64,000 bases of DNA, taken from contig MU053559.1 in assembly GCA_013239625.1 (NCBI GenBank), positions 248,001 to 312,000 on the forward strand. The letters run 5' to 3'. The translations under genes and the position numbers were made by a program. The stretch comes from Lama guanicoe. Its lineage: Eukaryota. Within the stretch, counting starts at the first letter, position 1. Each line of letters opens with the position of its first letter. Below are positions 47,575 through 61,229 of the stretch, piece after piece. The notes under the pieces were generated by a model. The model did no database searches and had not been told where the DNA came from. It saw only the letters and a program-made list of their open reading frames with translations.

Positions 47575-47840
47575 CCGCTGGGATGGAAGACGCTGGCCTG
47601 GCCTCGCTCTCCCTTCTTGCCCTGGCCCAGCCAGGACCAAACTCTGATCAGTATTAGTGCTGGGGAGAGGTAGACACTGAATCCCCTGCCCCCACCACCC
47701 CCTCTCCCACGCAGGGCTGACACAACTAAACTCTCTGGTGATGAGGGCCCAGATGGGACCCACCCACCTCGGCCTCCAGCCCCTGTCACCCTCTTGTCTC
47801 TGCCAAACCTCCCCCCTTATTTCTTAGGTGAGTTTTTGTA

Positions 47841-47846
47841 AATAAA
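47841..47846 (+). terminator. SLC35A2: SLC35A2 distal polyadenylation signal (a proximal AATAAA lies at 47356-47361)
   Basis: AATAAA downstream of the exon 5 stop; the proximal one lies upstream of exon 5 and suits the read-through isoform. Confidence 0.7.
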
Positions 47847-47930
47847 ATGTGTTTTGCATCTTGCTGGTTTGGGTTGGGAAGTCTCAAAAAGTACCAGAGA
47901 AGGAAGCACTCAGGCCTCTCAGGCAAAACT

Positions 47931-47936
47931 TTTATT
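47931..47936 (-). terminator. PQBP1: PQBP1 polyadenylation signal
   Basis: tttatt on + (AATAAA on -), about 40 nt past the stop codon. Confidence 0.75.
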
Positions 47937-47976
47937 AAAAACCTGGGGGGAAGGTGTGGGGGCGGCCGGCGAAGGC

Positions 47977-51157
<3,181 letters not shown>

Positions 51158-51600
51158 CTAGGAAAAGAGAGACTAAAAAATACCTCAGATGAGGATCTGA
51201 ATCTGGATTTTGTAACCAAGCGCCTCCCCCAGCATATACTCATCTAGACTCCCACCTACCCATGCGCACCAGGAGCTGGGCAACAGAAATCTACCTGCGA
51301 AAAGATGTAAGGGATAAACAGTAAAATCACTAAAACTCTCACCAACCCTTCTCTCGAGGCCAACACTCCAGCGCCGGGTTCCTCTCCCAGGCCCCGGCCC
51401 AGGCCCCGCCCATCCCCGAAGGGGCCAAGCGCGGCTCCCCCGTGCCCCAGAAATGGGCTCACCCAACATTCCCCAAAGACTGCCGGGTGGGAGGAACCAA
51501 AGGGCTGGGATGGGGGAGTATAGTGCAGCACCTCTTTCAGCTCCAAAAAATGCGCCCACCCCGGACATTACCAATATAGTCACACGGGTAGTGGAAGGCT

Positions 51601-52224
51601 GTCAGACCGGTCGCCTCTTTCTAGTCGCCTCTATGATCTCCAGGACCACACGACTTTCTTCTCTCAAAGCACAGAATGACGTCCTCTCACCCCGAGCCTT
51701 GAGGCAACTGTGCGACGCTCACGCTGCAGTGATCAGATGACGCAAACCCGGGTGGCCAATCAGAGTGCGCCTTGCTCCGACGTCTGGAGAAACGACCCAA
51801 TCATTGCCTTGGAATAGACAGAAAGCTCGGGCGCTTGTATGCGTTTACGGCGGGGGCGTGGCTTGGCCGGGGTTTAGCCAGACCGCGAGGCCGGACGCCG
51901 GCGCCATGGAGGAGTACGCTCGGGAGCCTTGCCCATGGCGAATTGTGGATGATTGCGGTGGAGCCTTCACTATGGGTGTTATCGGCGGTGGAGTCTTCCA
52001 GGCCATTAAGGGCTTCCGCAATGCCCCTGTCGGAATTCGGCACCGACTGAGAGGTAGTGTCAATGCTGTGAGGATCCGAGCCCCTCAAATTGGAGGTAGC
52101 TTCGCGGTATGGGGGGGCCTGTTCTCCACCATCGACTGTGGTCTGGTGCGACTGCGGGGCAAGGAAGATCCTTGGAACTCCATCACTAGTGGAGCATTGA
52201 CCGGAGCTGTGCTGGCTGCCCGCA
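51601..52224 (+). pseudogene. TIMM17B: Intronless partial (processed) copy of TIMM17B: promoter/5'UTR plus spliced coding exons 1-4, in tandem upstream of the parent gene
   Basis: 51601-51931 = 52225-52555; 51932-52031 = 53422-53521; 52032-52095 = 55269-55332 (one mismatch); 52096-52224 = 56143-56271. Three introns are removed exactly at the splice sites. Confidence 0.93.
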
Positions 52225-52555
52225 GTCAGACCGGTCGCCTCTTTCTAGTCGCCTCTATGATCTCCAGGACCACACGACTTTCTTCTCTCAAAGCACAGAA
52301 TGACGTCCTCTCACCCCGAGCCTTGAGGCAACTGTGCGACGCTCACGCTGCAGTGATCAGATGACGCAAACCCGGGTGGCCAATCAGAGTGCGCCTTGCT
52401 CCGACGTCTGGAGAAACGACCCAATCATTGCCTTGGAATAGACAGAAAGCTCGGGCGCTTGTATGCGTTTACGGCGGGGGCGTGGCTTGGCCGGGGTTTA
52501 GCCAGACCGCGAGGCCGGACGCCGGCGCCATGGAGGAGTACGCTCGGGAGCCTTG
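51601..52555 (+). repeat. 331-bp perfect direct repeat (51601-51931 and 52225-52555), period 624 bp
   Basis: Read base by base; no differences seen. Confidence 0.95.
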
Positions 52556-55500
52556 GTACGGCGAGGGGCCCAGGCCTCGGGACTGTTGCTGCGGCGCTAC
52601 GGCCAGCAGTGGGAGGCGGGAGGTGGAGGCATCGGCCACAGAGCGCCACAGCCCAGACTCGGGAGGGTCTTAAGACGTTTGTTGTCTTCTGCTCCCCTCC
52701 ACTTGGTTCCTCCTATTCGGGCTCCGTTAAAAGGGGGCCACAATTGTGTGCCTGAAGGAGAAGGTGCGGTGCAGCAGGAACCACTCCACATTTCCCGTGA
52801 CTTCGCACCTCCCAGTCCCTCTTTGTTAACGAAAAGAGACACGTTGGTCGAATCCATTCCAGGTGGGGGTTGGTTCATCTAGCGGAAACCCCCAGGATTA
52901 CGGCGCGTGGTTTTTCCCAGGTCGTTTCAGTTAATGGAGGCGGGGCCCAAGCGAGCCAGTTGTGGGCAAGGAGCGGGTGCTGGATCCTCCCCACTGTCAG
53001 CGCTTGGTTTTTCCCAGTTGTGTGGGGGGTTGAAAAAGGGAAGAGGGCGGGGCTCGGTTGGACGTGTTCATTGTCGGAGAAGGGGGTGCGACCCCATCCT
53101 GCTTTAGTAACCGTGCTAACTTGTTAACACTTCTGTAGCGCTTATTTAAATGTGCCAACTCTTTGCTAGTTATCAATTCATTTAATCTTTGATAGTAGTA
53201 AAGCAGTTGGCTGTTTTCTTGGTTGGCTGTGAAGGGGAGGGGCGGACAGGGGAAAGACTTTGCCTCTTCCGCACTATTTCCTGCCTAAATGGAGGGAAAG
53301 TAATCTCTTGAAGTGCTATTTCCCATTTGGGTGAAGTGGTTTCTTCCAGTCGGAAAGAGTCCTTGTGACATGGCATGGGGGAGGGCTCACATTAACCCCA
53401 TCCTCCCCTTCCCGCTTGCAGCCCATGGCGAATTGTGGATGATTGCGGTGGAGCCTTCACTATGGGTGTTATCGGCGGTGGAGTCTTCCAGGCCATTAAG
53501 GGCTTCCGCAATGCCCCTGTCGTGAGTCCTTGCCTTCCCTGGGTGGTGCGGGGATCCTGCCCTGCCCACACGGGATACTGTTCTGAAAACTGCTTGGAGC
53601 TGCCAATAACATGCATTTATTTATTCTGGTGTTTGCTGACCTATGTGCCAGGCCTGGCTCCAGGATCTGGGAGTTTGGAGGAACTGCAGACATGACCTCT
53701 GCCTCTCACCCCCCACCCAACTGGAGCTCCTCTGGAAATGCTGTGTTGTCACAAGGGTCATTACCAAGACCTAAATGTGTGTGCAAAGCCATACAGATTT
53801 CACCTAGAGGCAGATTCTGGGTCAGAAACCTGGGTAGAGGGAAGTGACGGGAGTTTAACTGGCAGAAGGGCAGCCTTAAAGTTGACAAAATGCTTTTTTT
53901 TATTGAGTTATAGTCATTTTACAATGTTGTGTCAAATTCCAGTGTAGAGCACAATTTTTCAGTTGTACATGAACATACATATTCATTGTCACATTTGTTT
54001 TCACTGTGAGCTACCACAAGATCTTGTATATTCCTGTGCTATACCATATAATCTTGTTTATCTATTCTGCATATGCTTGTCAGTATCTACAAATTTTGAA
54101 ATCCCAGTCTGTACCTCCCCCGCCAGCAACCACAAGTTTGTATTCTATGTCTGTGAGTCTGTTTCTGTTTTGTATTTATGTTTTTTTGTTTGTTTGCGTT
54201 TTTTTAGATTCCACATATGAGTGATCTCATATAGTATTTTTCTTTCTCTTTCTGGCTTACTTCACTTAGAATGACATTCTCCAGGGATATCCATGTTGCT
54301 GCAAATGGCATTATATTTTTATGGCTGAATAGTATTCCACTGTATAAATATACCACCTCTTCTTTATCCAGTCATCTGTTGATGGACATTTAGGCTGTTT
54401 CCATGTCTTGGCTGTATATGTGCTGCCAAAGTGAGCACCAGAAAATGCTTTTAATTTAACGTAATTCTATCACCTTCTCTGACACCCGCCCCACCCCCCT
54501 GGGAGATCTCATCCAATGTCATGACTTGAAATGCCATCCATTTGTCAGGGTTTCTGCAACGTATATATCTAGCCTTGTCCCTCCCTTCAACTCCTGGAAC
54601 TCTGTTTCCTGGATCTTTGCCCAAGCTTCTCCCTCTCATCCTCAAGGTTCACAAATGTCCCACTCCTTAAAGAAGCCACTCCTGATCCCTCAGCCACTAT
54701 CATGTCTCTTCATTCTATTTCCTGTAGGGTTTGCATTGCTGTCTGATGCTATCTTGTTTATCTGGGATCTGTCTCTCCCACTATAATGTGAGCTCTGAGA
54801 GGATAGGGGCCAGGTCTACCTTGTTCACTACTGTTTGCCTGCATATAACATGGGGCCTGGCACATAGGTCCTCAATAATTACTGAATGAGTGAATGAATG
54901 AATGAATAACTTCTCAATCCAGCTCTGAGAACACCTATTTTGGGGTGCTCTCCAGCCCCCTCATTCTTGGCCACTTCACATTTTTACCCCTGATACCTCT
55001 AGTGGGTTTCCCACCCTGTCCCTTTTTTATTTTTATTTATTTAAATTTTTTTTCAAATTTTTAAATTTTTTGCTGGGGAGATAATTAGGTTTACTTATTT
55101 ATTTTTAGAGGAAGTACTGGGGATTGAACCCAGGACCTTGTGTATGCTAAGCATGCACTCTGCCACTGAGCTATACGCTCCCCCCAACCCCGTCCCTCTT
55201 TTAAAAGCTAGAAACCTTGTCTGCCAGTGAGCCTGCTTCTGATTCCCTTCCTTATCCCTTACCCCCAGGGAATTCGGCACCGACTGAGAGGTAGTGTCAA
55301 TGCTGTGAGGATCCGAGCCCCTCAGATTGGAGGTGAGAGGTTTGGGGAGACATAAAAGAGATATGATAACAGAGTTGAGAGTGGTTTCTCCTTTGAGTCT
55401 AGACTGCAAGATAGGGGTCCAGATTCTAGCCTCAATTCTGCCTGGGACTTCCTGGGGGAGTGATGTTTCCCAGAAATTTAATATGGGTGAGTTCTGGAGT

Positions 55501-56648
55501 TTCAGTCCAGGCCCTGGCTCTTCCCTGATGTGTGACCTTGGGCTAGTGGCTTAACATCTCTGAACCTCATCTGTAACACAGGGATGGCAATAACAGTAAC
55601 CACCCCAGTCAGTTTTATAATTTATGTAATTTACATTGTCCTTACTAAGTGTGGGTTGTGCTGCTAAGCACTTTGATAATATTAACTTTAAATTTTCAGA
55701 AGTCAAATAACATGCAGTGCCTAGATTAGGTGCCGGCACAGAGTTAGACCTCAGTAAACATTTTAACCATCATATTGTTAACTGCCGTTCCTAATCCGTT
55801 TCCTTATCCCAAACCAAGATCAGAATTCCAATTCTATGTGGTAGTTATGAGGATCAAAGTTGCTCTGTTAAAAGCCATCTAGAAGCAGATAAATTTGCCT
55901 GTAAACACTTGTCAACTCCCCGTGAAAGTGAAGGAAGTGTGATAATGATTATAGACAGCTTGAAAAAGCCACCACAGGGACAGATGGGGACTATCCCCCA
56001 GGAGTTCGCCATCTGCCTCTGCATCTGGGTTTTTCTCCCCATTCTTTGTCAGAGCATACAGGCCTTGGAAGTCCCCAGACCCTGAGCCATAGATTCTTGC
56101 GATTCTTCAGGAACACTAATTAGGCCTTGGTCCCCCCTACAGGTAGCTTCGCGGTATGGGGGGGCCTGTTCTCCACCATCGACTGTGGTCTGGTGCGACT
56201 GCGGGGCAAGGAAGATCCTTGGAACTCCATCACTAGTGGAGCATTGACCGGAGCTGTGCTGGCTGCCCGCAGTGAGTGCCTCAGTCCCTGGCCCCAGCCC
56301 CTTCTACCCAGTTCTGCCTGCCCTCACCTCCCTCTCTCCTGCCTCCTCTTTCCTTCAGGTGGCCCACTGGCCATGGTGGGCTCGGCCATGATGGGGGGCA
56401 TCCTGTTGGCCCTCATCGAGGGTGTCGGCATCCTCCTCACTCGCTACACCGCCCAGCAGTTCCGCAATGGTGAGAACCTGGCAAAGCTGGTCAGGGAGAG
56501 GTAGGAAATGCTCTGACTAGCCGCCTCCACTCACCTTTACTTGATTCTCCCCTCTCTAGCACCCCCATTCCTGGAGGACCCCAGCCAGCTGCCCCCTAAG
56601 GAGGGTACCCCGGCCCCAGGCTACCCCAGCTATCAGCAGTACCACTGA
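52530..56648 (+). CDS. TIMM17B: Mitochondrial inner-membrane translocase subunit Tim17-B, 6 coding exons, 172 aa
   Basis: Exons 52530-52555, 53422-53521, 55269-55332, 56143-56271, 56359-56469, 56560-56648 sum to 519 nt. [24 protein letters not shown]...[23 protein letters not shown]...GYPSYQQYH*. Confidence 0.97.
53895..54420 (-). mobile_element. Relatively young L1 3'-end fragment in TIMM17B intron 2
   Basis: T-rich tail, then 'ttagattccacatatgagtgatctcatatagtatttt...ggcttacttcacttagaatgac...gttgatggacatttaggctgtttcc'. Confidence 0.8.
55025..55170 (-). mobile_element. tRNA-derived SINE (Vic-1-like)
   Basis: 'gtactggggattgaacccaggaccttgtgtatgctaagcatgcactctgccactgagctatac' preceded by a T-rich tail. 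Confidence 0.8.
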
Positions 56649-58431
56649 GGAAGTGACCGCCTATCACCGCCACCGTGGGAGCTCCTCCTCGGTTCCCTCC
56701 CCGATGATCTACCTCAATGGGGGGGCTGGCTCCTGGTTGGCCCTGGGACCCTCCAAAGAGGGCCTCTACTCTGTTCCCTTATCCCAGTTTGGAGGTGAGG
56801 CACCCCAACTGCCCTGATGGATGGGTCTCTTCTCTCTCAGGGCACCCCAGCCCCCACTCACATGTAACAAGCTCTCACCCTAGTCCCTTTGGCACCCTGA
56901 TGAGTATTTAAAGCCAGTTTTGAAATGCCTATGTATGTACTCCTTGAGCCACCCATAGGAGCCGCTCCCTAGGACAAGGGGCAGAGCTCTCTTCGGGGAC
57001 TTGGGAGCCCTTCAATTTGGAGTCCCACAGAGAGTGGGCTCTAGTAAAGGTTTGTGGCATGAATGTGCAGGAAGGGGAGTAAGTCAAGATGTGAGTAAGG
57101 ATGTGTGGGGACCAAGTGGTGAATCATAAGCAGACAGAGGAACAGGCTTGGGAAAGAAGTGAGTGAGCACAAGATTGCTGGGGTGGCGAGGGTGGTTCAG
57201 CACCTGGCACCTCTGACCTCTCCCCGCCCCATGTCTCTATCGCCAAGTCTGGGAAATCTGACCTCATCATGAACTCTGTCTTTCTGGATACCAGTCACCC
57301 ATTTGTGAAGCTAATTCCCCTCCATGTGGCCTCACCATGGACCTGGGATGGAAGTAGGGGCCAGGGGGACCCAGCTTCCTTGAAGAAGGTACCCTTTGTC
57401 AGCCTCCTCTTCTGCACCACAGATGTTTCTGCTCTGCGATGCTCAGTGTTGTCAGTATTTAAGGGTACCACAAAAGAACCAGAAATGAGTTCATTTTGGG
57501 TGTGGGGGAGTTTTGGGAAAGAGATTTTTCTGGATGGACATTTGGCCTCAAACACTTGCATGTAAACCCCTACATGTGTGGGGCAGCTGCCCCCACTGGG
57601 GTGCAAACAGCCTCATGGGAAACAAAAACAGTCCCTTTTGTACAAAGCCATTGCAAAGAGGTGGAAATGCCCTCTCTCATAAAATCGCTCCCTGGAGATG
57701 CAGATGCTGAGTTCTCAGGCCTCCCAAGGCCCCAACGGGGACCTGGCCTTGAACTCTTGGCTCCACGGGCGCAGGCCCGGGCCTGCCGGCTACCCCGACA
57801 CACCTGCAGGACCTGGACCGCAGTCAGACCCAGGGTATCCCTGGCTGCCACCCTTGTATTTCTGGTTCGCTCCATTTGGTCCCGCTCATTTGGTACACCT
57901 AAGCCCCGCCCTTCCTCACCTCCCTGCTGCTAATAAACGTTGGCCCACTATCTCTTAGAGCCTTTTCCCTCTGGGAGTCCACAGGCTCCACCCCTCTCAG
58001 GCTACTGTGTTGCCCACAGACCCTTAAGTCTCCAGGCCCCATTCCCTATCTTTCAACCGGGTCCTCTAAGGCTTTTGCAGGCCCTACCTCCTTTACCTAT
58101 CGACTTGAACTCCTCTGAGGCCTCCTCCAAGTAGGCTCCGCCCCTACAGCCCCTTAGGTCTGCAAGTTTGGTACCTTCAGCAGCCTGCAGACCCTACCTC
58201 TAACCATCTTCAGGCCCCGCTCTGTCCCTCGCCTTATGGTCCCGCCCCTTCGGGTACCGCAAACGCTGGGCGCTCCGCCCTCCTCTCCAGCCCTTGGGAC
58301 TCAGCTTACCATCTCAGATTCTGGAAGGCTGTTGGACCCGCGAGGACCATGGAGAGCTTCATGGCGAAATTCTGGGTCTTCTACTCTGGCTCCTGGGGCC
58401 ACGGGCTGGGGCGGGGCGGGGCGGGGCGGGG

Positions 58432-58459
58432 NNNNNNNNNNNNNNNNNNNNNNNNNNNN
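58432..58459. other. Assembly gap (28 N) within (GGGGC)n tracts
   Basis: Run of N flanked by ggggc repeats. Confidence 0.99.
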
Positions 58460-60610
58460 CATCACCCCGCTCCTAGTTGGGGCTGGGGTTCCCGGAGTCA
58501 TCCAGGTCCCCAGAGTTGGGGGCGGGGCGGGGCGGGGTGGGGAGGACTGGTCAAGCCCTGCCCCCTGACCTGACTGTGGGTCTGCTTCTCTTCCCAAAAG
58601 AAGGGAAAGCAGGGTCAGGCCCCAGGTGGTTTCTACAGGGACTGCCTAGACCGAGAGAAGGCAGGAGATGGAGAAGGCCAGAATGAGACTGAAACAAATG
58701 GAAAGATGAAGAGAGAAACAAATTGAGAGACATGCACATAGGGAGGTAGAGACCCTAGTGGAGACAGAAGGAGATGGAGGCAGAGAGAGACAGACAAGTA
58801 AGTGAAAAGACACAGAGACAAGAAGGGCAGAGACAGAAAGAGGAACAAGAAGCTGTGTGAGGGTCAGAAACAGGTGAGAAGACCCTCAGCGTCAGATGGA
58901 GGCAGGAGAGGAGAGGTGGCGGTGTACAGTCAATCCTGAGCTGGGTTGAGGGGCTAGACCAACAGTTGGCTGTCAGGCTGTGCTTCCTCAGGCTGCCTTC
59001 TCACTTACCTTCTAGCTGAGGGGCCTCCGAGAGGCAGAGAGATGCCCAAACTGCATCCTCTCTGTCTCTGTCACTCATCTCTAGCTTAATCCCACCTGCT
59101 TCCAATAGGGATTTCAGAGGCTGTCCCTCAAGTTCTTCCTTCTTGTCTTCCTCCACGCCTGAGCCCCAAATTTGCCTCTATCTGTCTTGATCTGTCTCTC
59201 AGCCCTCCTTCCTCATTTCTCTGCTTTGATTTCCCTGGCTGGTGGCTCTCACACTCCCCGAGCCCTTGGGTTTGCCATCCACTTGTCCACATGTGGTGGG
59301 GAAGGAAAATATTTGATGGATGAGGAGGGTTAGAGAGATGGACAGGATCAGGGAAGAGCCAGGGGGTCCAGCCCTGACAGTGGAGTCAGGGAGTCGCTCT
59401 GTCCAATTCCTCAGGCAGAGAACTCAAGAGGCCAGGGAGAGAGACATGGGGAGATCAAAGACAGACAGACAGAGAGTAGAAAAGATATGGAAAGAGATAC
59501 CACGAGAGAAAGAGAAGCCAGAGTTTACAGAGACATCAGAGGAGAGACAGAAATGCAGAGATGGGGAGAAAGATACCAAGAAAGAAAAAAAAACAGTACA
59601 AGTAAGAAAGAGACAAGAGGGAATGAAAGTGAGGAGACAGAGATTGGGAGAGATGGAGGTAGCAAGGGGAAAAAAAAAAAAAAAAATGGAGGAGCCGGGA
59701 GAGGGAGAGAGAAAGTAAGACAGGAGAGTTGGGCACACACACCTTCCCCCAAGTCTGGGAGCTGCTGGCCTGAGTATTATTTCCTCTGTTCTCTTGGTGG
59801 CAGTTGGAGAATGGGGCCTGACTGGGCAGGACAACCCTGACATCCCCACCCCCACCACCCCAGGTCATCGAGGCGGGTGGGAGAGCTGCTTCCCCTGGAG
59901 ACACACGTTTAGAGATCTGGGCTCTGATGGTGGGAACTGGGGAACATCTCAAGGAGCCCATTTAGGGCCAACCTCTGGAGCTGAGCAGTGGGGGCCATCT
60001 CCCCAGAATCTCCAGTGTCATCAGATTACCTGCAAGCCTGTGGACGAGGAAGGATGTGTCAGTGATCACTTCTGATGTGACAGAGGAAACTGTCTCCGGT
60101 GACCCTCATTCATAAGAGGAAAGTGAAAGCACAAAAAGGTAAAGTAACTTACCCGTGGTTATACCGCCTGCAAGCGGCAAAGCTGGGGCTTCTAGCCTTC
60201 TTTATAGTGCTCAGAGTGTCAGAGGTCATTTGCAACTTCATTTCCAGGACTACACATTATCCACTGTAATTATGGGTGTCATTTGAAGATTTTCACAGGC
60301 CACAGCAGCAATTTCTGAGCCCCCTGAGTTATAGTTACAATTTCAAGGGCAGCCTGATCTCAGTGGACATCAAGTTGGCAGCAGTCCTTGGCAGTCATAC
60401 AGGGCTTTGCTTTCCTACAGGGACTCAAAACAAAGTTTCTCACTTGAACATCTCACCAAATCAGATAGTGTGAACTATCTTTATGATGCAGAATGGAATC
60501 TCTTCCTCCAGCCAAAGGAGAGGGGGACATCTCCATTCCTTCTTAGATTCCTTTAGTTAATTATAAGGCTGGGCTTGGGAATTTTATTCAGGGAGCATTA
60601 GAAATAAAAT

Positions 60611-60735
60611 GGGGGGGAGGGTGTAGCTCAAGTGGTAGACCGAATGCTTAGCATGGTTGAGGTCCTGGGTTTAATCCCCAGTACCATAAACAAACAAACA
60701 AACCTGATTACCTGCCCCCCCCCCAAAAAAATAAT
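60611..60735 (+). mobile_element. tRNA-derived SINE (Vic-1-like)
   Basis: 'gggggagggtgtagctcaagtggtagaccgaatgcttagcatggttgaggtcctgggtttaatccccagtacc' plus a (CAAA)n/A tail. Confidence 0.8.
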
Positions 60736-61229
60736 TAGTTCCATGAAGCAAAGTTTTTATTGCAAAATACGAAGGATAGAGCCAAAGAGGATTTTTTAAA
60801 ATTTCAGTGAAATAATGGACGTGTTGTGTTTTCTTTCTACAAGAGGAAATCTCAATTCTAACTTGCCCCACTGAACCACATTAGCAGTTTCAGTCTGCAT
60901 ACCCCTCATTTCCTCCAGGCTGGAGTCTAACTTCTGGATACTTAGGATATGGGGAGAGTGGGCTGTCCTTGGGGGTCACTTTCTCACATAGGCATCTTCT
61001 GAGGTGTGCCAGATCCTATGTGGTCCTCAGGTGTTGGCCCATGCCTGATGCTCCTGATTTATCCCTGAAAGAAGCTATCAGGTCCCTTTGGATCACAGTC
61101 CTTCTCTTAGTTAAATCTATCCACCAAGACAATAGAAAATATTGCTTGCTCCCAGCCGTAATGGGAGCTTGAGGGTTTTGTGAGCCCCGTCTGCCTAGAA
61201 CAACATACAGACATACCTACCCCAAAAGA

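Larger units (their letters stand above)
51200..53100. promoter_or_regulatory. Head-to-head PQBP1/TIMM17B CpG-island bidirectional promoter, core duplicated
   Basis: CpG-rich; TGACGTC 51677, TGACGCA 51738, CCAAT 51756 and 51797, GC box near 51850. All are repeated at +624. Confidence 0.8.

Noticed and set aside
51765..51905. N-terminal 47 aa of the ORF-track 199-aa and 94-aa TIMM17B ORFs
   Set aside because: They start at a GTG in promoter/5'UTR DNA; the real start is the Kozak ATG of MEEYARE (51906 and 52530).
51601..52224. Ordinary L1-mediated processed pseudogene or plain DNA tandem duplication
   Set aside because: There is no poly(A), no 3' exons and no short TSD, which argues against classic retrotransposition. 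Precise intron loss excludes a purely DNA-level duplication.
59320..59961. Charged and Phe/Leu-rich ORFs
   Set aside because: They arise from GA-rich low-complexity sequence.
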